From Antedon mediterranea (taxonomy: Eukaryota; Animalia; Echinodermata), in contig NC_092678.1 in NCBI RefSeq assembly GCF_964355755.1, positions 25,499,365 through 25,563,364 on the forward strand: DNA of 64,000 nt, in the 5' to 3' direction. A program made the position numbers and the translations under genes. Below are positions 50,801 to 62,674 of the stretch, piece by piece. Each line of letters begins with the position of its first letter. Positions within the stretch are counted from its first letter, which is position 1. The notes under the pieces were generated by a model. That model was not told the origin of the DNA and made no database searches. It saw only the letters and a list, made by a program, of their open reading frames with translations.

Positions 50801-53800
50801 GTATAATTCGGTGAATAAAACAAATTTTATGAATCAACCAATTTGGTTTCTTGCACTGTATGTTCAGAATGTACATTTTAAATTTATTCAGATTCAACTT
50901 CAAAATTATTAAGAATTATTATATTATGATTTGAAATATTAAGGTATTATAATTTTGTGTTAATAATATTGTGAGGTAATTTCCTAATTGATCGTAATCA
51001 AAACGGTACTGGGTTTGGTCTACTAGCGGTTCCTGCTCCCAACTTGTCATCCATTCATAGAAGCCTTAATGAAGTAAGCCTATCTGGTGGTAGTAAGTAG
51101 ATCATTTATAGATATTTGATTGATGGTTTTACTTCAGTTTTGACTGAATGAAATTGTTTAAAAAATTGTTTGGGCAATCAGTTGAAAAGCTAATTAAGTA
51201 CTAAAAGAAAATTTAAAATAAATGTTTAACCCTCTTTTTTAAAAGAAGCATTTATACTGATCATTGTCATTAAGTATTTCAATAGGGTATATATGACGGG
51301 AGGGTTAGGTTAATGTTGACAAAAAATGTATCAAAGATCCTACTTCCTAATGAAAGTGTATTGAAATAATTGTCAAAAAATGGATTAAAAAACTTTAAAA
51401 CGAAAGTAAAACACTTTTAATAAACATGTGCTCTATCATCTTATTTCATTTGAGGTCAATTCTTCAAGTGAACATCACAAAATGTTTATCAAAAAATAAC
51501 TAAATTTTTCATAAAACTATTCATTTTTAAACATCTAATATTTCGTATTAATAAAATTAGCTTTTTGGATAATTTTGGATTTTCTAACTACTGTAATATA
51601 CAGTACCTAACTAAATGAAAACATACTAATATTAAAAATTACATTTATTATAAAATATTAAATCCTTCCATCTTCATTTAATATTTATTTTCTAGACTAT
51701 ATATTCAAACTAGTTTGACAAACAAAATGTGATGTGCCCAAATATGGTCGTTATATGACCAAATATGGTCGTTATATGACATCATCATGTCCATATATAG
51801 GCACATCACATTTTTTTGTAACGTAAAGGTTGATAATGTAGGCTTTGGTATTGACTAGTTCTGTATATAATATATCGTTACAATGAAATGGATAAGCCAT
51901 CAAATGCTTCATTCTTAAATTGTGTGTAGATTTAAAGGGAAACTTTAGTTTCCAAAGTAATATCCTGACACTAAAAAAAACAGCTGATAAATTAATTACT
52001 TTGAATAAATTCTAGTCAAACATAAATTCTATTGTACTACATTACGGAAATCAACTATATATATTGGCAATAGTATTATTTTTACTCACTAGTAAAATTC
52101 CTGAAAAATTCCATGATCCCCAAATTTTAAAACTGTTCAATATCACCGCATCGAGAAGGCTGTTTGAAACAGACCGGTTGAGCCTTATGTGGCTTATCAG
52201 ACGACACTACTACAACCCATGCATGAGAAATGACTCAGAAACATATATAAATAAGTGTACTACATCCTACAGTACCTACAATCATGACCTCCAGCAAAAC
52301 ATTTCAACAGAGGAACGGCGAAAAAGATTACAAAATCAGTCCAACATGATATCAACCGTTTACATATCTTAACCATGATAGGAGTGGCAATGTTATTTAC
52401 GTCACATGCAACAGTCAGAAATCTACCACTTAGACAGAAGTATAAGTAAATAAAAATCAATTAAGATTGTACTGATTCTAATCTTAAGTAGAACTTAGGA
52501 ACTTATCCATGGTAAAAAAGAAATGATGGTGCTAGTACATTGGTATGTTTGTTACTCAAGGTTGTGGTTATGTACTCTTCCATTTTCAGGGGTGTTCTGT
52601 ATTGCTCTGGAGAGAAGGGCTAATGTTGGTTTATCCAGGTAAGCGGCATACCTACTTGGTTTGTGCAATTTAACCATTTTGAAGTGACAAGTAAATTGTA
52701 ATCACTGTTTTGGAGGAGCATGTTTTCCTGATGCTACAGGATTTACTATATCTAATACTGTTATTAAGGATAAAGGGAAAGCCCCATAAAAAATACATTT
52801 GATAAAATTTCATCTATCTACTTAATATAAAAGAAGGAAATAACTATAAATAAATTTTGAATGAATTGATATGCAAAGTTTTGTATCAAACAAACCATGG
52901 TTTCAGTTCTGTTTTTTGGTAAAAAATCAATAAAACTTTGTTTTCTTGTCGCCTTTGAGTCTATTGACAGTCGAAACAAAAGTAAACATATCAAATGTTT
53001 CAAAGTAAAGTAAAAATACACAGTATATTTTGCGGTAAAAATGTGTATGTACGCTTCTCTATCCATCTATCGCCACCAAATCTATAATGGCACTCAGGTA
53101 AATGAAATATCAACAGTACACTTGTACATCACTCATCACATCTACTTCATTACTGTATATCTATTATTAAATCCTGTTAGGGAAAGAAAACTTTTTAAGT
53201 CATTCAAAGCCTTTAATATTTTATTACACTTTAAAACTCTTCTTCGCTAAATCTATTTGACAAGTTTCTGAATGGACGCCAAGTTATATAATCACAGTGA
53301 CTACATGAACAGTACCACCTACTTGTTACCCACGGTAACCTACGATAGTAAAACTTGGACGCTACTTCTTTAAAATCCTTCAACTATAACAATTTTCCTT
53401 TAGATAATAATTGAATTAGAAAAGTTATTTTTGGAAATTTATTTCTTAAAATTAATGCAATATACTGTAAAGAAATATTTGTTTAGTATATATATACAGA
53501 TTGCTTTTGCTTTCTGGAAATTTCTTGGTTTTAGGCCGTTAATATTTTGTTAGAAACAAGTCAACTACAAATTCCAAAGATGCATTCAAAAAGAGCTTGA
53601 AATCAGTCATGCATATAATGTGCAAAAGTTTTGACCAATCAGATGCAAGAGCCTACCCCGTCTCTGTTGTGGTGTAATCCAAGTATCAATTTCAACATAA
53701 TCATCCGAATCAGAATCTTCAGATTCAAAACTCAAATCACCGCCGGACATCTTAAATACTTTCATTTCAATTTCTTCTGGTTTTCTCGAAATTCTCAGAA

Positions 53801-56800
53801 CTTCATCGTAAATGCGCAGCTCCTGACCTCCTCCCTTGTCAGGAATTTCGAAAAAAATGTTGCGTTCCGGGCCAATGGATACAATTGACGCTCGTATGCC
53901 CCTTTTTAATGAATCTAATGAGGACATGGAGAAATAAGTTACTGTAGTTTTCCATGATGAGGATAAATGATTATATTCATTGGTTTTAATATTTAACATC
54001 AAATAAAATGTTGCTTTCTTCGTTAGTAGGTATGACATTTTATGGACGCGTGATAAATAAGTTAGTTCTCCACGATAAGGATTTACTATATAAATTGTTT
54101 GTACTTAAAATTAAATAAAATGTTGCTTTTCGTTAGTACAGCCAACTTTTTCTGTGGCTAATGTTTTCAGGATTCGAACATAGCCCCTGGATTTGTAAAG
54201 CAGGCACACTTATTAAAATGCTACAGTGCCACTTTGAAGATATTAAGAGAGGAAATAATTTGTAATTGTAGTTAATGTTATTATACATTTGGTTTGAGGA
54301 CATACCTACTTATGTTTTGATAAGACAACAAGGTCAAATTTATAAGCATGACCTTGATGCTCAAGTCAAAGGTCATATAATTTACGAATAATTATTATTA
54401 ATTTTGATAAAGTAAATATAATTTTAGTTTGAACAGTAGTTTTGTTGTATATATAGAAAGTATCACCTGTATTAAAGTAACTTCCTAATTTAATTGCGAA
54501 GATGACTAAAATAAAATATATCTAAATTAGCTAATGAATATTTATGATATATAGGTTAAAAATAAATAATAGGTAATTAACTAATAAGAATGTTGTTACT
54601 CTTGCTTAAGTACAGATACAGCAGTAGTATTAGATTTAAAATCTTAATACAACTACAATACAAAAGCTATAGTATGTTGTACAGGCACTGTAAGTGTTTT
54701 ATTTTATATGAATTTGATAAATCTATGTAGTAATTGTAATTAAAATCATTTTACGGCCTTTCAAAAAGTTTCTAATAATTTTTCGTAGAAGGCCGTTACC
54801 ATGAGTCACTTGTTAGATCAACCAGAAATGAGTTAATTAAGGGGAGGAAGCATTGAGGGCACGGGTTATACACAAAATATAGGCCTACTAAATTTTATCA
54901 GTATTATCATATTTAATGTAAAATATTTACATTTTAAATGTTTATTAAAAACACTTTATTGATAAAAAATATAATGGTATAAACGTAGATCTCGAGTATA
55001 CCAGCAGTGAAGTAAAATGTCATTATTTATTTTCAATTTTTTATTACAAAATAAATATTATTTGGTACAAAATGTAAAATAGGAATCAATTATCATAAAA
55101 GCTACATATTTAATTTAATCTCTTTTTGTCAAAGTTAATTTTTGGATAACATTTACCATATAACTATATTTTGTTGTGCTAATTTTTCTGGCTGTTTTCT
55201 TTATCGTTTTGATTTAGCTTTTTGTTTATTTTATTTTCATCTACATTGAGATCCAACCACAGCATTGTCATTTTTTCAGTAATTTGCCTTTGGATTTATT
55301 TTGTTGTGGGGGCGCTTTTTTTCGATACAAATGAAGCGGAAATTGATAGTTTTCAGATGATTCTCCTGAGATTAGAACTTCACTGATCAGAAGGACATAT
55401 TAATTAAACCTGCCAAACGTTAAAAAATACTAAACTATCTGGCAACCTTATTGACAAGTACTTCCAGTATTATAAGGATTTGTAAAAGATAAATCAATTT
55501 CATTTATTTTTATTGGATTAATATTAGTATACTACCATACCAATAATGAGGTTAAAATATATATAATTAATAACCGTGAACCCTGTCGTGAACGATCAAT
55601 TCTTTTAGTCATTTACTGCCAGGCCTAGGAAGACCACAGATAAATCGAAACACCATTTATTTAAACTTAATGCAACAGATTTACATTCAATTACTCATAA
55701 AAGTAAAGCAGATAATGATATATTTCAGTTAAAACGCTGCTGAATTAGAGGTAGATAAATACTCTCTGTCTACACTATCAAACTTTATATTACCAAAAAT
55801 GTGATGTGCCCATATATGGACATGATGATGATGTCATATCACTATCATATTTGGACACAACCATACATGGGCACATCACCTTTTTTTGTCACATAAAGTT
55901 TGATAGTGTAGACAGAGCTTAACTCAACAGCGTTCTAACTGAAATATAAAATTATCTATGATAGTGTAGACAGAGCTTTAGAGATTGATAAATACTCCTA
56001 CCATATTCGTTTATTACTAGATTTAAAAATTGTAAAATTAAATAAATTTAAAGAATTTTTTCCGAGTGATAATGTTTGACCAAGATGCAGTCATGCATTT
56101 CAGTCTCACCTCTCTGTTCTTTGGATAAACTGTGAGCTACTTGACAAATATCTTCCGCTAAAGAATAAATCCAATCATCTGATTTTGGAAGTAACGGTGA
56201 ATTTAAAAAAGATTCTTCTTTGATTGCATGTGACCTCATGCTGTCCGTACTCGCTGACCGTTGTACGTTATTTTGTGGAATCTCCTGGAGCCTACTCCCG
56301 CTTCTTAAACTTTGACCTTCGTAAAAATAATATTTTTTTTCAATAATAAAATAAGAAGAATGTTGTTAATCTTGCTTAAGTCCATGCTTAATTACGTGCT
56401 TTAAGTGCAGCTACGGTAGTAATTTGTACGCTGTTAAAAGTGAAAGTAAATCTATAATGACCGCTTTTAATGCAACAATATTTCATCATGATGATGTAGC
56501 ATTTATACAGTAGCAGTAAGTAAAGTGGAGGAGTTCTGTTTTGACCGTAGTAACTTGAGTTCTGTTTTGACCGTAGTAACTTGAAATCGGTTTGACCGCT
56601 TTCAATGCATTATACCAAACCCAACATGCTGTTTGAAGTCGTCGTCAAAATTCAAAGAGTTAAAAATTGAAGAGAGCTTCATGCTTAAGATAGAGACGAT
56701 AGAAATGGTATTCCATGCAGAAATAAGCCCAACCTGTTTTTCCTTGTAATCTACGCATACGAGACTGTTGTAACCGCTCAGCGATTTCTATGAAACTTTC

Positions 56801-59800
56801 TTCTACCGGAGCCGGTTGCGCCGGCGACAGCCACATGTTGACGTCTGGTATTGAGCATGACCGACGCCTTCTTCTCAAGAAGTCCGGATTTCTGCGAACT
56901 TTATTACGACGCATCATTACAATTTCTTCATATTCAGGCTCAGATTCAATCAAACGTTTTTTAGCTTTAAAAGTTAAATTTTGATTATGAACACACAAAA
57001 TAAAAGTAATATTAAATCAAATTTGTGAATTATAATTTTTTTTTTTAAGTTGACACGCATGAGGATTTTTCTCAGTAAATATTAACTACAAGTTATAATT
57101 TGTTTAAATTAAAAAACCTTGACATGATAAAGTTATTTTAAACAACACTACAATAAAACAACATATTTACATACCAACTTAAATTAATATTTCAAAATCC
57201 CATCAGCCAATCAAAGCAACCTATAACATTAGTAAATCCTTCGTATAGTAATTCCTGTTCCTTAATGATGTACAGTTAAATCCAAAGAACATAAATGTTT
57301 GATAAATTTTTTCGAATGAAGATTAAAAATCATATGATTCAGTTTTCAATGCATCAGATATGCTAATGGGGAGTTAATCATAGCCCAAGCATTTAACAGA
57401 AGACGATGTATTATAAATACGCATCATTTGATTGGCTGTGAAGATTTACTCATACAGATAAAAATGAGGTCCTGGCAGCAGCAACGTTAAAGATCTAAAA
57501 GTGATTGGTAATTTGGCAAATTACTTTAGTACATGCTAAATTTCCTGCCATCGTTTCATGCATCAGAGGCCCTTAGTGGTAATTTTTTTTTTCTTGCAAA
57601 ATTATTATCTCTGAGATGTTTAGTGAGTCAGTAATGTCCCTCACATACTGTCATAAAGTCCTTGATGACATTACTAAACTTTTAGCATTTTCTGGAAATT
57701 TATTCAAATTTATCAGTGTTCAACAGATTACCTAATTATGGTGTTTTTTTCAATTGAATTAAAATACAACTGACATATTTACTGATATGATATCTATTTT
57801 TCATAATGTTAATTAAAATTGAAGCAATAGATAAACTATTTTAAAAAGTTAGACATTTATGAAACTATAGGTGGCAGCATTGAAGGTTTCACTTGGTAAC
57901 AGGTGATGTGTTGTTTATTCATGCATGGGGGCGCTAGATAGAATACTAAGAAAGCAATAATAAAACGGAGCTTGTAAACAATCTTGGGTACTTTGATCTT
58001 CCAAGTTTGTATAAGAATACTAAGTACATACTGTTAGTCTACTGTTGGTTTTGTTTCATGTTCCTAGAAGAGAATTTTTTAGTTGATCCAATAAATCGAA
58101 AGTAATAAAAATGGTACGTTTTGCAAACAATCAGTGGATCAACAAAAAAAGAAAAAATTCTCTTCTATAATATTTGGATCCAAATGAAATTATTTCAATG
58201 TGCATATTTCCTGTTATGGTGGGGGTAGCAGTGATGTAGCCCCAAGAAATAAAAGTGGTATGGTTTTTGAACGAAACAATTTCGATTCAAGCCACTGGGT
58301 TGTCAAAGCCTCTGTGAAAAGTGGTCAGGTTGAAACCTTACCAACCATACTGATGGCTACGGCCCTGGGTATTAGTCAATTCTGCATTCATTTTTTGGTA
58401 GTACCTTAAACCCATGTGTTTCATTTTATGAATCCAAAGTTTTATCTTCAGCTACTGTGTTTTATGTGTATAGTTTATTTTTATAGACAGTACACAAGAA
58501 GAAAAAAAAGTAGATTAAACTTGATTATTTTTGTCCATTAGGCGCAGGAGCCCCGGATAGCGTTACGAAGTCGTTAACTCTGTCAGCCCATGGTCAACCC
58601 AACTAATGTGTTTTTCCCAAGGACAACTTATCAATAACTAAACTTTGTCACCACCCATAAGTGTGCTGTTCATTTCCTATTGACCAATGAACACCAATGT
58701 AACTGGACCTGAGTTTCTTGCTATTCGACCTTGGGTGCAAATTATACAATTAATTGATGTTAAGGCCACTGACTACTCTTTTCTGTATAGAAACACTGAA
58801 TTGACTGAATAATAAGAAAACCCTACAATAATTTCTACTACTACTTGTTATGGTGTTATACAAGAACTATATTAAAAGAATTGAATGTCTGGAGAATGAA
58901 AAGTTAAACGTTATAACTTATATGTAAAACATCACTTAGATGATATCTATCAGATATATCATTTTCTAAAAATTGTTTCATTAGTTAGAATAGATATCAC
59001 GGAATACCAATACTGATCTGGACTCGGAAATTCAAAATGTAGCAGGCAACGTTTCACCAATGAAAACTTTCAAGACAAACAAAGTATCATAATTATCATG
59101 ATATCCATTTTTATTTAATAACGATAAATGGATATAAATATTTCGTCTTTTTTGTTATTTTGTGATGGAAAATATATTGAGTGAACATTGGCTGAGCTTA
59201 AATGTTCCCCGTCCCCTTAATGTCCGCTTTATAGGAGTGTCCCCTCAGTAAGGATTTGCTGTTTTGCCCCTTAATAATAAATTATGATGTCCATCTTATC
59301 CTCTCAATTTTAATGTGCTACACCCGATAATAGAATACACATCTAGCTCGTATGTACTTTAAAGAACCTAGTACATCTTTCGAGACGAGTGGGGGGTTAC
59401 CCCGGTGTATTATCACAGCCACTGATCACCAACTGGGCCCTCTGGGAGACCAGTCTTTGATTGAAGAGGTTACCCATTATAAATATATATTTCAATTCAA
59501 TAGAATAACTGTACAGTAGGCTCCCATTTGATGCAATGTGTTACCCAATGTGCTCAATTTGATTGTGCTACCCAAATCCATGCTATCCATTTGAAATAAT
59601 TTGCTATCCATTTGAAATAATTTGCTATCCATTTGAAAGAATGTGCTACCCGATAATCCGTATAGAATAATGTACAGTACAATTACATATATCCATTTGA
59701 TTGTGCTACCTAATGTGCTATCCATTTGAAATAATGTGCTATCCATTTGAAAGAATGTGCTATCCATTTGAAAGAATGTGCTACCCGATAGTCCGTATAG

Positions 59801-62674
59801 AATAATGTACAGTACAGTACTATATCCATTTGATTGTGCTACCCAATGTGCTATCCATTTGAAAGAATGTGCTATCCATTTGAAAGAATGTGCTACCCGA
59901 TAATCCGTATAGAATAATGTACAGTACTATATCCATTTGATTGTGCTACCTAATGTGCTATCCATTTGAAAGAATGTGCTACCCGATAATCCGTATAGAA
60001 TAATGTACAGTACAATTACATATATCCATTTGATTGTGCTACCTAATGTGCTATCCATTTGAAATAATGTGCTATCCATTTGAAAGAATGTGCTATCCAT
60101 TTGAAAGAATGTGCTACCCGATAATCCGTATAGAATAATGTACAGTACAGTACTATATCCATTTGATTGTGCTACCCAATGTGCTATCCATTTGAAAGAA
60201 TGTGCTATCCATTTGAAAGAATGTGCTACCCGATAATCCGTATAGAATAATGTACAGTACTATATCCATTTGATTGTGCTACCTAATGTGCTATCCATTT
60301 GAAAGAATGTGCTACCCGATAATCCTTATAGAATAATGTACAGTACTATATCCATTTGACTGTGCTACCTAATGTGCTATCCATTTGAAAGAATGTGCTA
60401 CCCGATAATCCGTAGGCTATAAGAATAATGTACAGTACAATTATATCCATTCGATTGTGCTACCTAATGTGCTATCCATTTGAAATAATGTGCTACCCGA
60501 TAATCCTTATAGACTAATGTACAGTACTATATCTATTTGATTGTGCTACCCAATGTGCTATCCATTTGAAATAATGTGCTATCCATTTGAAATAATGTGC
60601 TATCCATTTGAAAGAATGTGCTATCCATTTGAAATAGGCCTAATGTGCTATCTATTTGAAAGAATGTGCTACCCGATAATCATAGAATAATGTACAGTAC
60701 TATATCCATTTGATTGTGCTACCTAATGTGCTATCCATTTGAAATAATGTGCTATCCATTTGAAAGAATGTGCTACCCGATAATCCGTATAGAATGCACA
60801 GTACAGTTATATCATAGTTATATCCATTTGATTGAGCTATCTATTGTGCTATCCGTTTGAACTAATGTGCTGTCTGTTTGAAATAATTCAGGGGTTTTTT
60901 TTAAAATATGTTTTGCTATCCATTTTAAACGTGCTAAACAAGTTACATATTTGTTGATATAAATTTGCGGTACACCACGTAGGCCTATATTAGTTCTGAA
61001 AAGAACTGTTGAGTTGCTTGACGTTTCGATTTAGGCCTACTCCAAAGTCAAAGTCTCCAAAGCTATTCCATCATGTCGTATTCGGGGAATCGCCCACAAG
61101 TGTTTTCTCAGAGAAGGGTATGTTCTGTATGCTATTTTTTAATAATGTACAAAAAATGAAATGAAAAATCATATTAATTATCGGTATGTACGGAGGAAGC
61201 TCGAACAAGACGAAGCGCGAAACAAATAAAAGCGCAGCGCGAAACATCTGAAATGATATACAATTTCTCAAAACATGAAAACACAGAATATATTATATTA
61301 ATATAACTTTTTAATATTTCTAAAGGCTCGGACAAGGAAGAAGGGCCTTAAAAAACTGAATTGCTATATGTTAGACCACATTTCCATAACTTTTCAAAAC
61401 TCATCGAACCCTCTGCTAGTAGGCCTAATTAATATAGGAGCGTATCGCCAAATCATTAGAGAAAAAAAAACATGGCATGAAGATGTAATTAATCAAACAA
61501 CGGCCAAAGAATACCAACAATTTTAATTTAGGTTTTGATTCGTAATTACTAATGTGGTGGACTAAGCCTAGTTTGAAACTATAGTGACCATTTATTTTAG
61601 AAAGAAAGATAGAGAAATTTGTTTCCATCTCCATGTTATTGTTAATACCAAGGCACTTTTCAATTAAAAATTCTGGCCTAGTATTCTTGCAAGGTCGTCA
61701 CAGCTCCAGTTACAAAGGTCGTCACAGCTCCAGTTACAAACGGTGATACAAAGTGTCAATCATTTGACCAGTGAACAGCCCACTGGTAGGATAGTCCTTG
61801 AAACCGTCCGTAAAACACATTAATCACTCACATCAGTCATGCCGCTAATGGTTGAAAACCTCACTTTTTGGGGTTTTCAAACGTAACGCTATCCGGGGCT
61901 CCTGCGCCTAATGCATAAAAGAAGCATAAATTAGAATGCATGTCAAGTCAATGTCAATATAATGTCAAACATTAGGAACTAACATTATATTGGTTGATGT
62001 CAGAGTTCAAACTCAATGTTGCGTGACCAGCTGTTCCTCTTTAAAGACTATGTTTATGATTATTTACTTTGAATTTTTTTACCTGTACAGCTTATTTCAA
62101 ACTTTCAAAATTTAGTAAAAAAAGAGAACTGTAATGAATAAAACAAATCTATGAAAAGTTTTAAGTTGCTGATTAGTTTTGACCTTGCAAATATTTAGAC
62201 TAATTGTAACTTGTGGTTTAATCCTAAAGAATTGGAATCAAACCCTGTGAAATATCCGGATTAACTTTTTAAACACTGAACAGTTACCATTTCATAAGCC
62301 ACAGTAGCTTGGGCTTTAGGCTCATAACAGGTGGACATGTTGGCTGTAAACGCCAGCCATTAAAATGCCTTTAGCCAGTCTATTAATACTGTAGTACTCT
62401 ACATTATAGTTTACAGAATTATCAGAATCTTCCAAAAGATACATACTGTCATCTGATGTGAATTCTCACAGAAAAATAGATTGAAGAAAAAAAGAATGTA
62501 TTTTAATCCGCTACTATAATTCTACTATAACTCCTGTGATTAATAAACTAGACCTATAGTGCCCGCTATGGCACAAAAGAAATTTATTTATTTATTACCT
62601 TCTCCAGCTTCTTCCAAATTTAAATCCAAAGACTTAATTCTGTCTTTCACACTTCCGATTCTTTTCTCCTCCAT
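29889..62674 (-). CDS. FGD4: FYVE, RhoGEF and PH domain-containing protein (FGD1-4/frabin subfamily Cdc42 GEF), multi-exon gene
   Basis: Core exons 43186-43916, 38950-39060, 37123-37271, 36156-36312, 34371-34458, 33983-34033, 33701-33759, 33457-33600, 33178-33276, 32651-32761, 32020-32094, 31708-31866, 31287-31424, 30805-30927, 30211-30368 and 29889-29949 splice in frame. DH: [57 protein letters not shown]: ERYLFLFND. FYVE: [35 protein letters not shown] second PH follows. The 5' end is a candidate exon at 62599-62674. The symbol is a family-level best match, not 1:1 orthology. Confidence 0.9.
32300..32430 (-). mobile_element. Degenerate LINE (L2/CR1 group) 3' fragment in an FGD intron; partly shared with about 4960-5060
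   Basis: Minus strand reads [18 protein letters not shown], resembling the C-terminal LWNSLP...FK..LK motif. Confidence 0.45.
34537..34800 (-). mobile_element. tRNA-derived SINE, MetaSINE-like; contains the right breakpoint of the duplication
   Basis: A box TGGCCGAGCGG, B box GGTTCGAGGC, same body as 38185-38482. Confidence 0.8.
36049..36190. repeat. 72-bp-period tandem duplication spanning an FGD exon end and splice donor
   Basis: Identical 70-bp units at 36049-36118 and 36121-36190. Confidence 0.92.
36492..37077. repeat. 86-bp minisatellite, about 7 copies, intronic
   Basis: TGACCCACCATGAGTACC recurs at 36492, 36578, 36664, 36750, 36836 and 36922, with a variant at 37008. Confidence 0.95.
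37338..37561. mobile_element. MITE family A (degenerate)
   Basis: CTACACTATCAAACTAGTTTG...AAAGTTTGATAATGTAAACAGA with internal 21-bp units. Confidence 0.7.
38185..38482 (-). mobile_element. tRNA-derived SINE, MetaSINE-like, near full length
   Basis: Minus strand: GAGTGGCCGAGCGGTTAAGAC (A box), GGTTCGAGGC (B box), CTTCTCGGATAAGGACTATAAACCGTAGGTCC core, A-rich/AAAC tail. Confidence 0.85.
41400..41480 (-). CDS. Candidate alternative first coding exon of FGD ([27 protein letters not shown])
   Basis: ATG, 27 open codons and an AAG|GTAAT phase-0 donor that matches the phase-0 acceptor at 39060. Confidence 0.65.
41721..42836. repeat. About 1-kb dispersed repeat, second copy (see 27354-28346)
   Basis: Colinear similarity with small indels. 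Confidence 0.85.
43186..43916 (-). CDS. Large Ser/Pro-rich FGD exon preceding the DH domain
   Basis: 731-nt open exon with TTTAG acceptor (phase 1) and AAA|GTAAGT donor. Motifs [10 protein letters not shown] and [11 protein letters not shown]. Confidence 0.85.
45102..45467 (-). CDS. Candidate FGD cassette exon (phase 1-1) with poly-Pro KHPPPPP
   Basis: TTTCAG acceptor, 366 nt open, CAG|GTGCG donor. Confidence 0.65.
45793..46032 (-). CDS. Candidate FGD cassette exon (phase 1-1), SP/TP-rich
   Basis: 240 nt open, GAG|GTAGG donor; acceptor is weaker. Confidence 0.55.
46461..46656 (-). CDS. Candidate alternative first coding exon of FGD ([20 protein letters not shown]...)
   Basis: ATG, open frame and a phase-1 AAA|GTAAG donor. 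Confidence 0.55.
48175..48352 (-). mobile_element. tRNA-derived SINE (short) directly 3' of a 5S-like sequence
   Basis: Minus strand: TGGTGTAATGG (A box), GGTTCGAGG (B box), TCCTTAGGCAAGATGCTTTAC core. The 3' part GGCTGCCGTGGG..GAGGGCCTAA..TTTCCTCA is also at about 13540-13585 and 21743-21790. Confidence 0.6.
48357..48474 (-). pseudogene. 5S rRNA-derived sequence (pseudogene or SINE head)
   Basis: Reverse complement TACGGCCATACTGCGTTGAAACACCGGTTCTCGTCAGATCACCGAAGTTAAGCAACGTTGGGCCCGGTTGCGTTCTGGATGGGAGACCG...GGGTGCTGTA matches the metazoan 5S pattern. It is a single copy with a diverged 3' part and no oligo-T terminator. Confidence 0.88.
49475..49669 (-). CDS. Candidate FGD cassette exon (phase 1-1), Ser/Arg-rich
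   Basis: 195 nt open (SRERSSVTR...[11 protein letters not shown]) with a CAG|GTACT donor. Confidence 0.6.
51695..51845. mobile_element. MITE family A (degenerate ends)
   Basis: TCAAACTAGTTTGAC...GTGATGTGCCCAAATATGG...GGGCACATCAC. Confidence 0.7.
53657..53914 (-). CDS. Candidate FGD cassette exon (phase 1-1) with acidic [13 protein letters not shown] stretch
   Basis: Polypyrimidine-TTAG acceptor, 258 nt open, GGG|GTAGG donor. Confidence 0.62.
55763..55919. mobile_element. MITE family A
   Basis: CTCTGTCTACACTATCAAACTTTAT...ATAAAGTTTGATAGTGTAGACAGAG; an extra terminal copy lies at about 55959-55978. Confidence 0.8.
56110..56316 (-). CDS. Candidate FGD cassette exon (phase 1-1)
   Basis: 207 nt open ([13 protein letters not shown]...SKEQR) with a GAG|GTGAG donor. 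Confidence 0.62.
56734..56964 (-). CDS. Candidate FGD cassette exon (phase 1-1) with basic RRRRRSCS motif
   Basis: 231 nt open with a CAG|GTTGG donor. Confidence 0.58.
59350..59478 (+). mobile_element. 3' fragment of MetaSINE-like element
   Basis: TTTAAAGAACCTAGTACATCTTTCGAGACGAG...CACAGCCACTGATCACCAACTGGGCCCTCTGGGAGA is the reverse complement of about 38195-38320. Confidence 0.8.
59520..60890. repeat. Composite satellite: 21-bp units AATGTGCTATCCATTTGAAA(G/T) in higher-order blocks with a CCCGATAATCCGTATAGAATAATGTACAGTAC spacer
   Basis: About 11 higher-order blocks with variable numbers of 21-bp monomers. Confidence 0.92.
62599..62674 (-). CDS. Candidate distal first coding exon of FGD ([25 protein letters not shown])
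   Basis: AAAATGG start context, 25 codons and an AAG|GTAAT phase-1 donor compatible with all downstream phase-1 acceptors. Confidence 0.65.

Larger units (their letters stand above)
58541..61908. mobile_element. 3.4-kb non-autonomous TIR element carrying a satellite array
   Basis: Perfect 32-bp inverted repeat CATTAGGCGCAGGAGCCCCGGATAGCGTTACG at 58536-58567 and 61882-61913. A TA|GGC...GCC|TA parse is possible; no transposase ORF. Confidence 0.75.

Noticed and set aside
52260-52460. Possible extra FGD first exon ([15 protein letters not shown]...)
   Set aside because: Only weak donor candidates exist, so support is too low to list as a feature.
59492-59767. ORF with FQMDSTL repeats
   Set aside because: Translation of the 21-bp satellite.
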